Shown here piece by piece: positions 29,200 through 37,570 of a stretch of DNA of 64,000 bases (within the stretch, counting starts at the first letter, position 1; the number at the start of each line of letters is the position of its first letter). Where the stretch lies: contig JBEKOM010000003.1 of NCBI GenBank assembly GCA_049521795.1, positions 32,001 to 96,000 of the forward strand, given 5' to 3'. Under the pieces are notes generated by a model, which did no database searches, was not told the origin of the DNA, and worked only from the letters and a program-made list of their open reading frames with translations. Source of the stretch: Candidatus Bathyarchaeia archaeon (GTDB taxonomy: Archaea; Thermoproteota; Bathyarchaeia; Bathyarchaeales; Bathycorpusculaceae). Made by a program: the position numbers and the translations under genes.

Positions 29200-29460
29200 A
29201 TGGCTGAAGAACGCTCGCAGGAGAGTGGAAGAACCCGAATCCGGCTTGGCTATTTGGGAACGTTGATGGTGCTTCTCATAACCGCGATGGCTGGAACTGG
29301 GTTTATGATTGGTCTGCTGCTTCTGGTGTGGGAATTGATCGGAGGCATTTTGTCTGGATTTCTATTGTTCGTCACAGGGTTCTCAGGTCTAGTGACCCTA
29401 ATAGGAATCGTCATTCTAGGACTCTCAAGAGAGCAAGTTTCCGTAGACGAATCAAACTAA
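29200..29460 (+). CDS. Small membrane protein
   Basis: MAEERSQ followed by two hydrophobic segments. Confidence 0.55.
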   Translation: MAEERSQESGRTRIRLGYLGTLMVLLITAMAGTGFMIGLLLLVWELIGGILSGFLLFVTGFSGLVTLIGIVILGLSREQVSVDESN

Positions 29461-29578
29461 TCCTCAACGCTGACTCTGGCCAGTTTAATGTGTGTTCAAG
29501 CCTTTCTGCCAAAAAGACCTGAAGGTTGCAAGCTTAATTAACGACTTTTGCATGTCAGAATCTTGAGGGTTTGAGACT

Positions 29579-30475
29579 ATGCCTAGACTTGTGTTGGATG
29601 GGATTTTTGTGCCTCACGTGACACCTTTCAAGCGTGGAGGTCAACTCGACATCAATGCACTGAGGGAATGTGTCAGGTTTTGGATGAAAAGCGGGGTTTC
29701 AGGGTTAGTCCCTTGTGGAAGCAACGGCGAAGCTCCTTACCTTTCTAGGCAAGAAAGAAAGAAGGTCATTGAAACCGTTCTGGATGAGGTCAACGGAAAG
29801 GTTCCGGTGGTCGCGGGAACAGGTAGCATGAGCACGCAGGAAACTGTCGCGTTTACAAAGGATGCGGCTGAGTTGGGCGTGGATGCTGCTCTAATAGTGA
29901 CACCCTTCTATTTCAGACTCACAAGCAGAGAAATCTATGAACACTACAGGACAGTGTGCCAAGCCGTGGACCTTCCGATCGTTGTCTACAACGTTCCAAA
30001 GTTCACAGGCTTCTCTCTGGAACCATCTTCCATTGAGAGACTGGCGTCTGAAAATCAGAGCATAATAGGGTTGAAGGAAAGCAGCGGGAGCTTCGGTACG
30101 ATAAGCGAGGTCATAAGATTGCTTGGCAACAGGCTTTCAGTCCTGGCTGGCACAGCAGACGTTGCGCTTCCAACACTTCAAGCTGGAGGCAGAGGCGCGG
30201 TGATAGCGGTTGCGAACGTGTTCCCAACATTGTGCAGTCGTTTGTACAGGGCTTATAAAAAAGGCCAATACGAAGAGGCAAGTAGACTGCAAAACCGAAT
30301 ATCGTTTGCAAACGAGGTGCTCGTCAAAAGGTTCAATCAACTCTCAGCCATCAAAGAAGGGATGAGACTGGAAGGACTGCCAGGGGGTTACCCTCGCAAA
30401 CCAGCGTTGCCACTGGATGAAAAAGAAAGAAAAACCCTTGAAGACCTGCTGAAGAAAATAGAGGAACCTGTCTAG
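29579..30475 (+). CDS. dapA: Dihydrodipicolinate synthase (DapA/NAL) family aldolase
   Basis: GSNGE (variant of GTTGE), VPVVAGTG, VYNVP, IIGLKESSG Schiff-base Lys; substrate uncertain. Confidence 0.8.
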   Translation: MPRLVLDGIFVPHVTPFKRGGQLDINALRECVRFWMKSGVSGLVPCGSNGEAPYLSRQERKKVIETVLDEVNGKVPVVAGTGSMSTQETVAFTKDAAELGVDAALIVTPFYFRLTSREIYEHYRTVCQAVDLPIVVYNVPKFTGFSLEPSSIERLASENQSIIGLKESSGSFGTISEVIRLLGNRLSVLAGTADVALPTLQAGGRGAVIAVANVFPTLCSRLYRAYKKGQYEEASRLQNRISFANEVLVKRFNQLSAIKEGMRLEGLPGGYPRKPALPLDEKERKTLEDLLKKIEEPV

Positions 30476-30548
30476 GCGACGACGTTCACCAAAACAGATA
30501 AGAACTCGTGCATGAACCAACACTGCATCAAACAGGAAGTGAACAGCG

Positions 30549-30743
30549 GTGCCTGCTGAAATCGTTGATGCCGACCGATTCGTCACTATAAGCGAGCGTG
30601 CAGACTACTGTGCCGTCAAGAGACTGAAAGAGGTTGTGAAGCTGAAGCTTCGCACGCCGAGCAGACTTTACACGTTGAAAGTTGAGCCGCTGAAAGCTGA
30701 AGAAATAATCAAGAAGCTCCAATGCGAAATCCGCGAGGTATAG
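30549..30743 (+). CDS. rpl38e: Ribosomal protein eL38-like
   Basis: MPAEI..D...F...VKLKLRTPSRLYTLKV...KAEEI matches the eL38 pattern. Confidence 0.75.
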   Translation: MPAEIVDADRFVTISERADYCAVKRLKEVVKLKLRTPSRLYTLKVEPLKAEEIIKKLQCEIREV

Positions 30744-30970
30744 GGACATTTTGAAGAAATTCTCATACGTTTTCTAACCCATTTCCCATGATAGACTAAT
30801 CCATCTGTGCTGTCCACCCAATCAAATTCGACTTTGGCCAGTTTCTTCAGTTCACTCCTCGACTGTGCAGCTCTGTCACAGAAAGTGACGCGCAAATCAG
30901 TACGTAGAGATAGGCTCTATGCACGCGTTGAATAGTGGATTAATCTATTTCGCTATATTAGAACCAACGT

Positions 30971-31122
30971 TTTCTTTTGGGTTTGGGATAAAACTTTACC
31001 CTTTTTCTTCTTCTCTCTCTACCCTCTCTCCTACTAACCCTCTCTCTACAAACACACGCACACACAAACACACACAGACAGAAACAGGGAGAAGGCACAC
31101 AGAGATAGGAAACTGCCGCGCG
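30971..31122 (+). repeat. Cassette-end element C (left type)
   Basis: TTTGGGTTT-GGGATAAAACTTTACCC (30985-31001), CT-rich arm, CA-rich arm, ending CCGCGCG. Confidence 0.75.
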
Positions 31123-31296
31123 TTATTTCTTTGATTTTCTGGCTAGTTCGAATTCGCGGTCTTTCTTCAAATAGGCGATGCAGTACTCAATGGCATGGCT
31201 CATTGAGGCGAATGTTCTCTCGTCAGAATCAACTTGACGCTTCAACCAGTCGTAAAGTTCCTGATCTATGCTGATCGCAATCTTCTTTTTCGGCAT
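31123..31296 (-). CDS. Ribbon-helix-helix (CopG-like) protein, 57 aa, not in ORF track
   Basis: MPKKKIAISIDQELYDWLKRQVDSDERTFASMSHAIEYCIAYLKK: alternating beta-strand, helix, S-x-S-H-A-I-E helix. Confidence 0.75.
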   Translation of the reverse strand: MPKKKIAISIDQELYDWLKRQVDSDERTFASMSHAIEYCIAYLKKDREFELARKSKK

Positions 31297-31382
31297 CTAA
31301 CGGTCATTCCGCAATATCCTAGCTATGCTCACTTAAATGTTTATACTACTCAATCAGACTGTTTAGTCGAAAGAATTAAATA

Positions 31383-31402
31383 GTATGACTAGGTATGACT
31401 AG
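31383..31402. promoter_or_regulatory. Tandem direct repeat, putative RHH operator
   Basis: GTATGACTAG twice in tandem upstream of the RHH gene. Confidence 0.4.
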
Positions 31403-31509
31403 TATTGTCGCCTGTGAGTGCGCAAATCAGTATCCGCTGCAGCTCTCCCCTGAGCACAAAGACTCATCTTGTGGGCTCACAGACGATTCATACTAATCAG
31501 GTGAAAAGC

Positions 31510-31617
31510 ATGCAAAAGGTGAAGACTGTCCCGAAGAAATGTCGCGACTGCAAGATCAGCAGCAGCCAATATTGTATCACCATGTGCCCAGAAAACAGGT
31601 GGGTACACCACATATAA
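31510..31617 (+). CDS. Tiny Cys-rich peptide (CxxC...CxxxC)
   Basis: MQKVKTVPKKCRDCKISSSQYCITMCPENRWVHHI after AGGTGA; divergent from the RHH gene. Confidence 0.4.
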   Translation: MQKVKTVPKKCRDCKISSSQYCITMCPENRWVHHI

Positions 31618-31674
31618 ACGGCGCGCCGTACTCAAATGGAGCCACACGTACCTTACAACGTCACAATGGTATCG

Positions 31675-31774
31675 TAGCGCGCGCTAATAGACTTCCGTTT
31701 TTTTTGTTTTTGTTTGAGTGCGTCAGTTAGAAAATGAGAGAGAGAAAGGCTAAACTTTACCCCCAAACGCAAAC
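31675..31774 (-). repeat. Cassette-end element D (right type)
   Basis: TAGCGCGCGCTA, T/G-rich then GA-rich arm, GGCTAAACTTTACCC (31748-31762), CCAAACGCAAA. Confidence 0.7.
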
Positions 31775-31829
31775 TTCTGCGGGCGTTTACCGAAACCCAA
31801 GATTGGGATAGTAGATTGAGAAGGGCAGA

Positions 31830-32774
31830 TCATTCTATGCTTTTTTCGTAAGCTACGTCTGTCCTAGCGACTTTGAAGCCAACCTTCTCGTATAGCCGCA
31901 TAGCTTTCGTCACGTTCCAGTCATCCACTGCCAACATCGCAACGGTCATGCCCTTAGCCTTCAACAGGTTCATGCCATGCAGCATCAGCTTGGTTCCGAT
32001 CCCCGTTCTTCTGTGCGGCTTCAGCACACCGATGTCCAAGACCCAGCCACATTTGGCGTTTTTTTCCGCATTGTATGACTCATATATACCTATGCCGATG
32101 TAGCCAACGTGCTTCCCGTTCAAGATGGCGAAGAACCATTCTTGAATCTTGAAAAATGGGTCTTCTCGCACGAAATAAACCGTCCGCTCAAGAGGGCTAG
32201 GTCGCCAGTTGAAGCCTTCCTTGAAGCACTCATTGTCGAGCCGATTAAGCATCTCCAAATCCTCATCTGCATCTCTTCGGAGGGGTTCCAACACGACTTC
32301 CATGTTTTCCCCGATGTCAGATTGAAGCCCAACAAGCTCTCTAGCCATTAGGCTGAACCTGCGGACCAACTTGAACCCCCAGCTCTCCCATAGGCTAACG
32401 ATGTCCTCTTCGTCACTTTCAGCTGAACTTTGAGCAACCGTCATCCCACGATTCTTCAGCTCTTCCAGAGCTGTTTCAGCGAGTTTTTCTTCTATCCCCT
32501 GACCTCGAAACTCGGGAACAACTCCGAAATCATTCACGAAACCCTTCTTCTCCTCCCTGAACTTGTCGACATAAGCATGAACAATTCCCACAGGCTGGTT
32601 ACTCAGCTCAGCGATGAATCTTCCTTCAGAATCAAAATCAGGCGACTTCTCAATAATCCTCATCTCATCTACCGTCATCGACGCCTGGCCCAAACGCACG
32701 CCGTAAACCGCATTCCACACCCTAAGCCAGTCCGCCTCGTCCATCCCTAGAACGAAACGCCTAACCTTCAGCAA
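31830..32774 (-). CDS. Tandem-domain GNAT acetyltransferase (MshD-like)
   Basis: Two acetyl-CoA motifs, VVPEFRGQG and VLKPHRRTGIG; AMRLYEKVGF. Confidence 0.88.
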   Translation of the reverse strand: MLKVRRFVLGMDEADWLRVWNAVYGVRLGQASMTVDEMRIIEKSPDFDSEGRFIAELSNQPVGIVHAYVDKFREEKKGFVNDFGVVPEFRGQGIEEKLAETALEELKNRGMTVAQSSAESDEEDIVSLWESWGFKLVRRFSLMARELVGLQSDIGENMEVVLEPLRRDADEDLEMLNRLDNECFKEGFNWRPSPLERTVYFVREDPFFKIQEWFFAILNGKHVGYIGIGIYESYNAEKNAKCGWVLDIGVLKPHRRTGIGTKLMLHGMNLLKAKGMTVAMLAVDDWNVTKAMRLYEKVGFKVARTDVAYEKSIE

Positions 32775-32825
32775 CCAGCTCCCTCCAAGTCTTCCGTAAC
32801 GACTTAATGCACGCAGATTTAAACA

Positions 32826-32953
32826 TAGCGCGCGCCTGTGTGTTTGTATATCTCACTCTCAAAGAGAGAGAAGAGAGGAGAAGGGAAAGAGAAGAAGATG
32901 GAGATGTAGATGATTTGGGGTTTAGGGATAAAACTTTACCCGAAACTCAAACC
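32826..32953 (-). repeat. Cassette-end element E
   Basis: TAGCGCGCGCC, TG then GA-rich arm, GGGGTTTA-GGGATAAAACTTTACCC (32925-32941)-GAAACTCAAACC. Confidence 0.72.
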
Positions 32954-33018
32954 ACTATTTCAGATGGCATATTCCGATGTGTTTATTTACTAAGCGCAGT
33001 GCCCTAGGTCATGTCTGA

Positions 33019-33813
33019 CTACTTGCTTTTTGTGGCGATCAGCAATACGCTTTTGGCTTCGGCGAGCGGCGTATCTGGCGTTGTTTGGCGTAGGCCGCCT
33101 GTGACCGACTTGGTTGTCCAGCCAGTTCGATTGAACATCTCTCTGAGTTCGTGAATGCTCCACACGCGGTGGTCAATCGTGACCCTCTTGGTCTCAACAA
33201 ACCTTGCCTCGCCTTTTTGAATTAAATAAGTCCACGTGGACTTCATGCGCGACGTGTTGAAATCAAGATCTCTTTCTTCAAGAAGTATCATATTCTTGAA
33301 ACGTGTGAAATCGCTTGCTTGAAAATGCTTGATGAGATAGTCGCGGTTCACGATTTCTAAAGCAAAAAACCCTCCCGTTTTCACTAGCCCAGCGCATTGC
33401 CGCAGAATCTCGTCATTGGTTTCATCATCGTAGAAGCCAAAGGAAGTCCAAAGGTTTAGTATTCCATCGAAGGGTTTCTCATGAACCAATGCTGAGCCGA
33501 TCTTGCGCATGTCAGCCACCTTGAAGAGTGTATGGTCTTCGACGCCTTCTTTCTTTGCACGTTCCTTCGCGATCGTGATGTACAATGGTGAGAGGTCTGT
33601 TCCCACAACTTCAAAACCTCTTTTGCCAAGTTCGATCGAATGTCTTCCAATTCCACAATTCAGGTCCAGAATCCTTTGCACTCTGATCCTCTGTTCTTTG
33701 AGGTTCTGCAGAAGGAGGTCAACTTCGGCAGCAGATCGCTCAACAAGGCCTTCCAAGCTTGCAAGGAACAGTTCAGGGTCTTTTTGAAAAAGCTCTTTCG
33801 TCCAGTGAACCAT
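33019..33813 (-). CDS. Class I SAM-dependent methyltransferase
   Basis: ILDLNCGIGRHS, VVGTDLS, ADMR, LWTSFGF. Confidence 0.9.
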   Translation of the reverse strand: MVHWTKELFQKDPELFLASLEGLVERSAAEVDLLLQNLKEQRIRVQRILDLNCGIGRHSIELGKRGFEVVGTDLSPLYITIAKERAKKEGVEDHTLFKVADMRKIGSALVHEKPFDGILNLWTSFGFYDDETNDEILRQCAGLVKTGGFFALEIVNRDYLIKHFQASDFTRFKNMILLEERDLDFNTSRMKSTWTYLIQKGEARFVETKRVTIDHRVWSIHELREMFNRTGWTTKSVTGGLRQTTPDTPLAEAKSVLLIATKSK

Positions 33814-33991
33814 GGTACTATCTAGGATCTAACTACTTATATGAATTCATGTAATGAGGAGGACACCCCACCCTTTCCGTGGAGAAACCTATCGGTGCGA
33901 AATCCGCGAACACAATTTTTTTATTTTATCGGATGTTTTTTCACAGAGAACTGCGCCACAGATCAGAGCTGTCAAAACTCCTTTGGTCTAA

Positions 33992-35419
33992 CTAAGAACC
34001 TGCTGCTAATCGTTTCCTTAAGTATTCGTCTATGGCTTTTGCAGCTTTTTTGCCGGCGCCCATGGCGCTTATCACGGTTGCTTCGCCCGTGACTATGTCT
34101 CCGCCAGCGTAGACGCCTTCAAGACTTGTTTTTCCATTCTCATCTGCCACAATCGTTCCCCATTTGGTGACCGCTAACCCTTCGGTTGTACTCTGCACGA
34201 TGGGGTTCGGCGTTCTTCCCACTGCAACTATCACTGTGTCGATGTCCATGATGAACTCTGAACCCTTAACTGGAACTGGTCTTCTTCTGCCAGACTCGTC
34301 TGGGGGGCCGAGTTCCATGCAGATGCACTCCATGGATTTGACCCAGCCTTTCTCGTCGCCGTAGAACCTGGTTGGGTTGGCTAGGAACTTGCACACTATG
34401 CCCTCTTCTTCAGCGTTCTCGATCTCCTCGTGTCTAGCAGGCATCTCTTCTCTCGAGCGGCGATAGACGATGCAGACTTCTTCAGCGCCTAGGCGTAGTG
34501 CGGACCGGGCAGAGTCCATGGCCACGTTGCCTCCGCCGATGACGACGACGTGTTTTCCGATCCTTATCGGCGTGTCGTACTCTGGGAACGCGTAAGCTTT
34601 CATCAGGTTCACTCGTATCAGGAACTCGTTGGCAGAGTAGATTCCGCCTAGGTCCTCTCCGGGCACGCCTAGGAAAGCAGGCAAACCGGCGCCTGTTCCT
34701 ATGAAGACGGCTTCAAAACCTCTCTCTTTGAGCAGCTCAGGAACCGTGTAAACTCTCCCGACGAGGTACCCCAGTCGAAGCTCGACACCTAATTTCTGAA
34801 CGTAATCAGCTTCTGCCTGAACTATTCTCTTCGGCAATCGGAACTCAGGAATGCCGTAGACAAGCACGCCTCCTGGCAAGTGGAGCGCTTCAAAAACAAC
34901 GACCTTGTGCCCGAGCTTTGCGAGGTCAGCTGCAGCTGTTAGTCCAGCTGGGCCAGCACCGATGACAGCGACTTTCTTGCCTGTGGCCCCTGTTTTCTCC
35001 GGGGCTTTGACGTTGCCTGTCTCTCTTTCCCAATCGGCCAGAAAACGTTCTAGCCTGCCGATGCTCACGGGTTCGTCGACTTTCCCGAGGACACAGGATT
35101 TCTGACACTGGTCTTCTTGTGGGCACACGCGCCCGCAGATCGCTGGCAGACTGTTTTTTTCCTTGAGCTTCTTTGCAGCCTCTTCGCATTTTCCTTCTCT
35201 GAGCAGCCTGATGAAGGCTGGTATGTCTATCTCTACTGGGCAGCCGGCGACGCACTGCGGTTTTGCGCATTGCAGACACCGGTTTGCTTCCGTCTTGGCC
35301 TGCTCCTCCGTGTAGCCCAGAGCAACTTCGTTGAAGTTTTTCCTTCGGACTTCCGGCTTCTGCTTGGGCATCGGCTCGGCTTCTTTCTTGACTCTTGGTT
35401 TCGGTTTACTTTCCGCCAC
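33992..35419 (-). CDS. sudA: NfnB/SudA (GltD-like NADPH-dependent flavo-Fe-S subunit)
   Basis: RCLQC..PQCVAGCP, CGRVCPQEDQC, IGAGPAG, GGGNVAMD, YAGGDIVTG. Confidence 0.92.
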   Translation of the reverse strand: MAESKPKPRVKKEAEPMPKQKPEVRRKNFNEVALGYTEEQAKTEANRCLQCAKPQCVAGCPVEIDIPAFIRLLREGKCEEAAKKLKEKNSLPAICGRVCPQEDQCQKSCVLGKVDEPVSIGRLERFLADWERETGNVKAPEKTGATGKKVAVIGAGPAGLTAAADLAKLGHKVVVFEALHLPGGVLVYGIPEFRLPKRIVQAEADYVQKLGVELRLGYLVGRVYTVPELLKERGFEAVFIGTGAGLPAFLGVPGEDLGGIYSANEFLIRVNLMKAYAFPEYDTPIRIGKHVVVIGGGNVAMDSARSALRLGAEEVCIVYRRSREEMPARHEEIENAEEEGIVCKFLANPTRFYGDEKGWVKSMECICMELGPPDESGRRRPVPVKGSEFIMDIDTVIVAVGRTPNPIVQSTTEGLAVTKWGTIVADENGKTSLEGVYAGGDIVTGEATVISAMGAGKKAAKAIDEYLRKRLAAGS

Positions 35420-36245
35420 ATGCGCAGCTTCCTTGCATTTCCCACACCAGTGAGCTCAGCCTCTCTTCTGGCAGGAACATCCTCTGCCTGTTTATCAGCT
35501 GGTCAAAATCCACCGCGTGCCCGTCAAATTCTGGCCCGTCAAAGCACCCGAACTTCATTTTTCCGTTCACTGTGACGCGGCACACTCCGCACATGCCCAT
35601 CCCGTCGATCATTATCGGCGACAAGGTGACAATCGTTGGCAAGCTGTGGGGTTTTGTCATTTCTGACACGTTTTTCATCATCACAACAGGTCCCCAAGCC
35701 ACGCAGCGGTCAAACTTCTCCTTTTCAAGAACACGCTTGAGAAAATCGAAGTCCTTAAAGCCCCTTGAGCCATCGTCGGTCGCCACGTAAGACTTGACGC
35801 TGAGGTTCTTCATCTCTTCCACATAGAAGAGCAGGTCGTTGATTCTCGCGCCGACGACCGTGGTCACCCTGTTACCCGCTTCGCGGAGCGCTTGAACGAG
35901 CAACAGCATCGGTGCGACCATCACGCCTCCCGAAACACATAGGACGTTACCGAACTTCCTTATTTCTGAAGGGTTTCCGAGCGGTCCGGTTATGCTCTGT
36001 ATACAGTCGCCTATTTTCAGGCATCCAAGCTGTTTTGTGGTTTTACCGACTTCGTTGAATGCGATGCTCACTGTCCCCTTCTTTGGGTCGTAGCCAGCTA
36101 TGTTTAGCGGTATGCGTTCGCCCTTTTCGTGTATCATGAGCATTATGAATTGTCCAGGGCGGGCCTTTTCAGCAATCTCCGAAGCGTGAACCTCAAAGAG
36201 CTTGATTTTCGGGGCAAGCTCTTTCTCTGATATGATTTTATACAT
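35406..36245 (-). CDS. sudB: NfnA/SudB (PyrK-like FAD/2Fe-2S subunit)
   Basis: ARPGQF, GERIPL, GPLGNP, MIDGMGMCGVCRV, CFDGPEFD. Confidence 0.92.
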   Translation of the reverse strand: MYKIISEKELAPKIKLFEVHASEIAEKARPGQFIMLMIHEKGERIPLNIAGYDPKKGTVSIAFNEVGKTTKQLGCLKIGDCIQSITGPLGNPSEIRKFGNVLCVSGGVMVAPMLLLVQALREAGNRVTTVVGARINDLLFYVEEMKNLSVKSYVATDDGSRGFKDFDFLKRVLEKEKFDRCVAWGPVVMMKNVSEMTKPHSLPTIVTLSPIMIDGMGMCGVCRVTVNGKMKFGCFDGPEFDGHAVDFDQLINRQRMFLPEERLSSLVWEMQGSCACGGK

Positions 36246-37458
36246 GGGCTTTTGCCTCTACTGATTCTAGCTTCAGAGGGGGCATCGCAGCTATCTTATC
36301 GTAGAACTCGTCCAGTCGCTTGTTGAATTCGCCGACGCATCGTGGAGAAGTTGTGAAAAGCTCAAAGCGTTCGAGTAGGCCCATCTTCTTTAAAGCGTCT
36401 TTCAGGACAGTGACGTTTCTTTCAGCCGTGTCTTTTCCTTCCTGAAGCTTGCAGTCTTCTGGTGAACACACGGCGGCGATTACTCCGTCGAAACCGTTTT
36501 GCAACGCGTTGATAACGTGAACCGGGTCGAGTGCTTTGAAGCAGGGGATCTCCATAGTTACCGCTTTTCTCTTGAATAAATGGTTTTCAAGACCATCCAA
36601 GGCTTGGAACTCTGACCATTGGCACGCGAAGACTAAGACCAGGGGCGAAATGCCTGCTTCTTTCAGCTTCTTGGCCGATTCCGTGTAGCGTTTCAGAACG
36701 TCTTCAAACTCGAAACCCTTGATTTCAATCGCTTCTTGTGGACAGACGAGAGCGCATGCTCCACAGCCCATGCAGCGTTCTTCAAGTATTCTCGGCGTTG
36801 CGAACGGTTCTGCCTCTATTGCTTTGTAGGGACAGATGAACACGCACTTGTCGCAGCCCACGCATTTTGTCGTGTCGTAAACCGCTTTCCTAGAGTGCTT
36901 TATCACTCTGAAGGCGTCTCTGGGCATGCCGAGCTGTTCAAGAACCTCCTTGCTGAGCAGCAGCTTTCTGGTGCTTATCTTGGTGCCCTCTTTGAAACGG
37001 CAGAAATCGTCTTCGCACTGAAGAGAAACTATATTCTTTATGCCACTCTTCAATACTCTGAATGCAAACTCGGCGGGGATTCGTCCAGCACAAGGCAGGC
37101 GCAGAGGGATGTACTTTTTCGTTTTCAAGCCTTGCTCTTTGAGGATTTCTTCAACATCGCACGTTGACGGCGAGTTTCCCCTGCACATCAGGACAAGCGT
37201 GTCGCTCCTGCATTTCTCCCTCATGTCCTTCACGTATTTGACGAGGCTGTCATAGTCATAGCAGACTATCTGTATCGCCATGACAGGACAGGCACTGTAG
37301 CATATGCCACAGACCTGACACTTTTGCAGGTCTATCTCCACTTTGCCCGTTTCCAAGTCTCGCTTTATGGCTTCGTAAGGACAGACAGAATGGCAAATGG
37401 AACACTTGCTACAGTAGTCTTGGTTGATCGTTACGGCGGACACGCATTTTTCACTCAT
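36238..37458 (-). CDS. Polyferredoxin fused to two MvhD-like domains
   Basis: Four CxxCxxCxxxCP motifs; LPCAGRI...QCEDDFC and FACQW...IPC...VCSPEDC domains. Confidence 0.8.
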   Translation of the reverse strand: MSEKCVSAVTINQDYCSKCSICHSVCPYEAIKRDLETGKVEIDLQKCQVCGICYSACPVMAIQIVCYDYDSLVKYVKDMREKCRSDTLVLMCRGNSPSTCDVEEILKEQGLKTKKYIPLRLPCAGRIPAEFAFRVLKSGIKNIVSLQCEDDFCRFKEGTKISTRKLLLSKEVLEQLGMPRDAFRVIKHSRKAVYDTTKCVGCDKCVFICPYKAIEAEPFATPRILEERCMGCGACALVCPQEAIEIKGFEFEDVLKRYTESAKKLKEAGISPLVLVFACQWSEFQALDGLENHLFKRKAVTMEIPCFKALDPVHVINALQNGFDGVIAAVCSPEDCKLQEGKDTAERNVTVLKDALKKMGLLERFELFTTSPRCVGEFNKRLDEFYDKIAAMPPLKLESVEAKAHV

Positions 37459-37570
37459 TTCACTGTTTCTCCAGCGTTTGCCAGCGGTTCCTTGCGGTGT
37501 GGCTGGGAACGAAAGACCCTAGAAAGTTTGGAAAGGGTTTCGGGGAAATATATTGGTTTTGGGGCATTCT

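Noticed and set aside
15543-32941. CRISPR array or integron attC array interpretation of the repeats
   Set aside because: Spacing is kilobases and irregular, there are no cas or intI genes, and no attC-type R/L box structure was seen.
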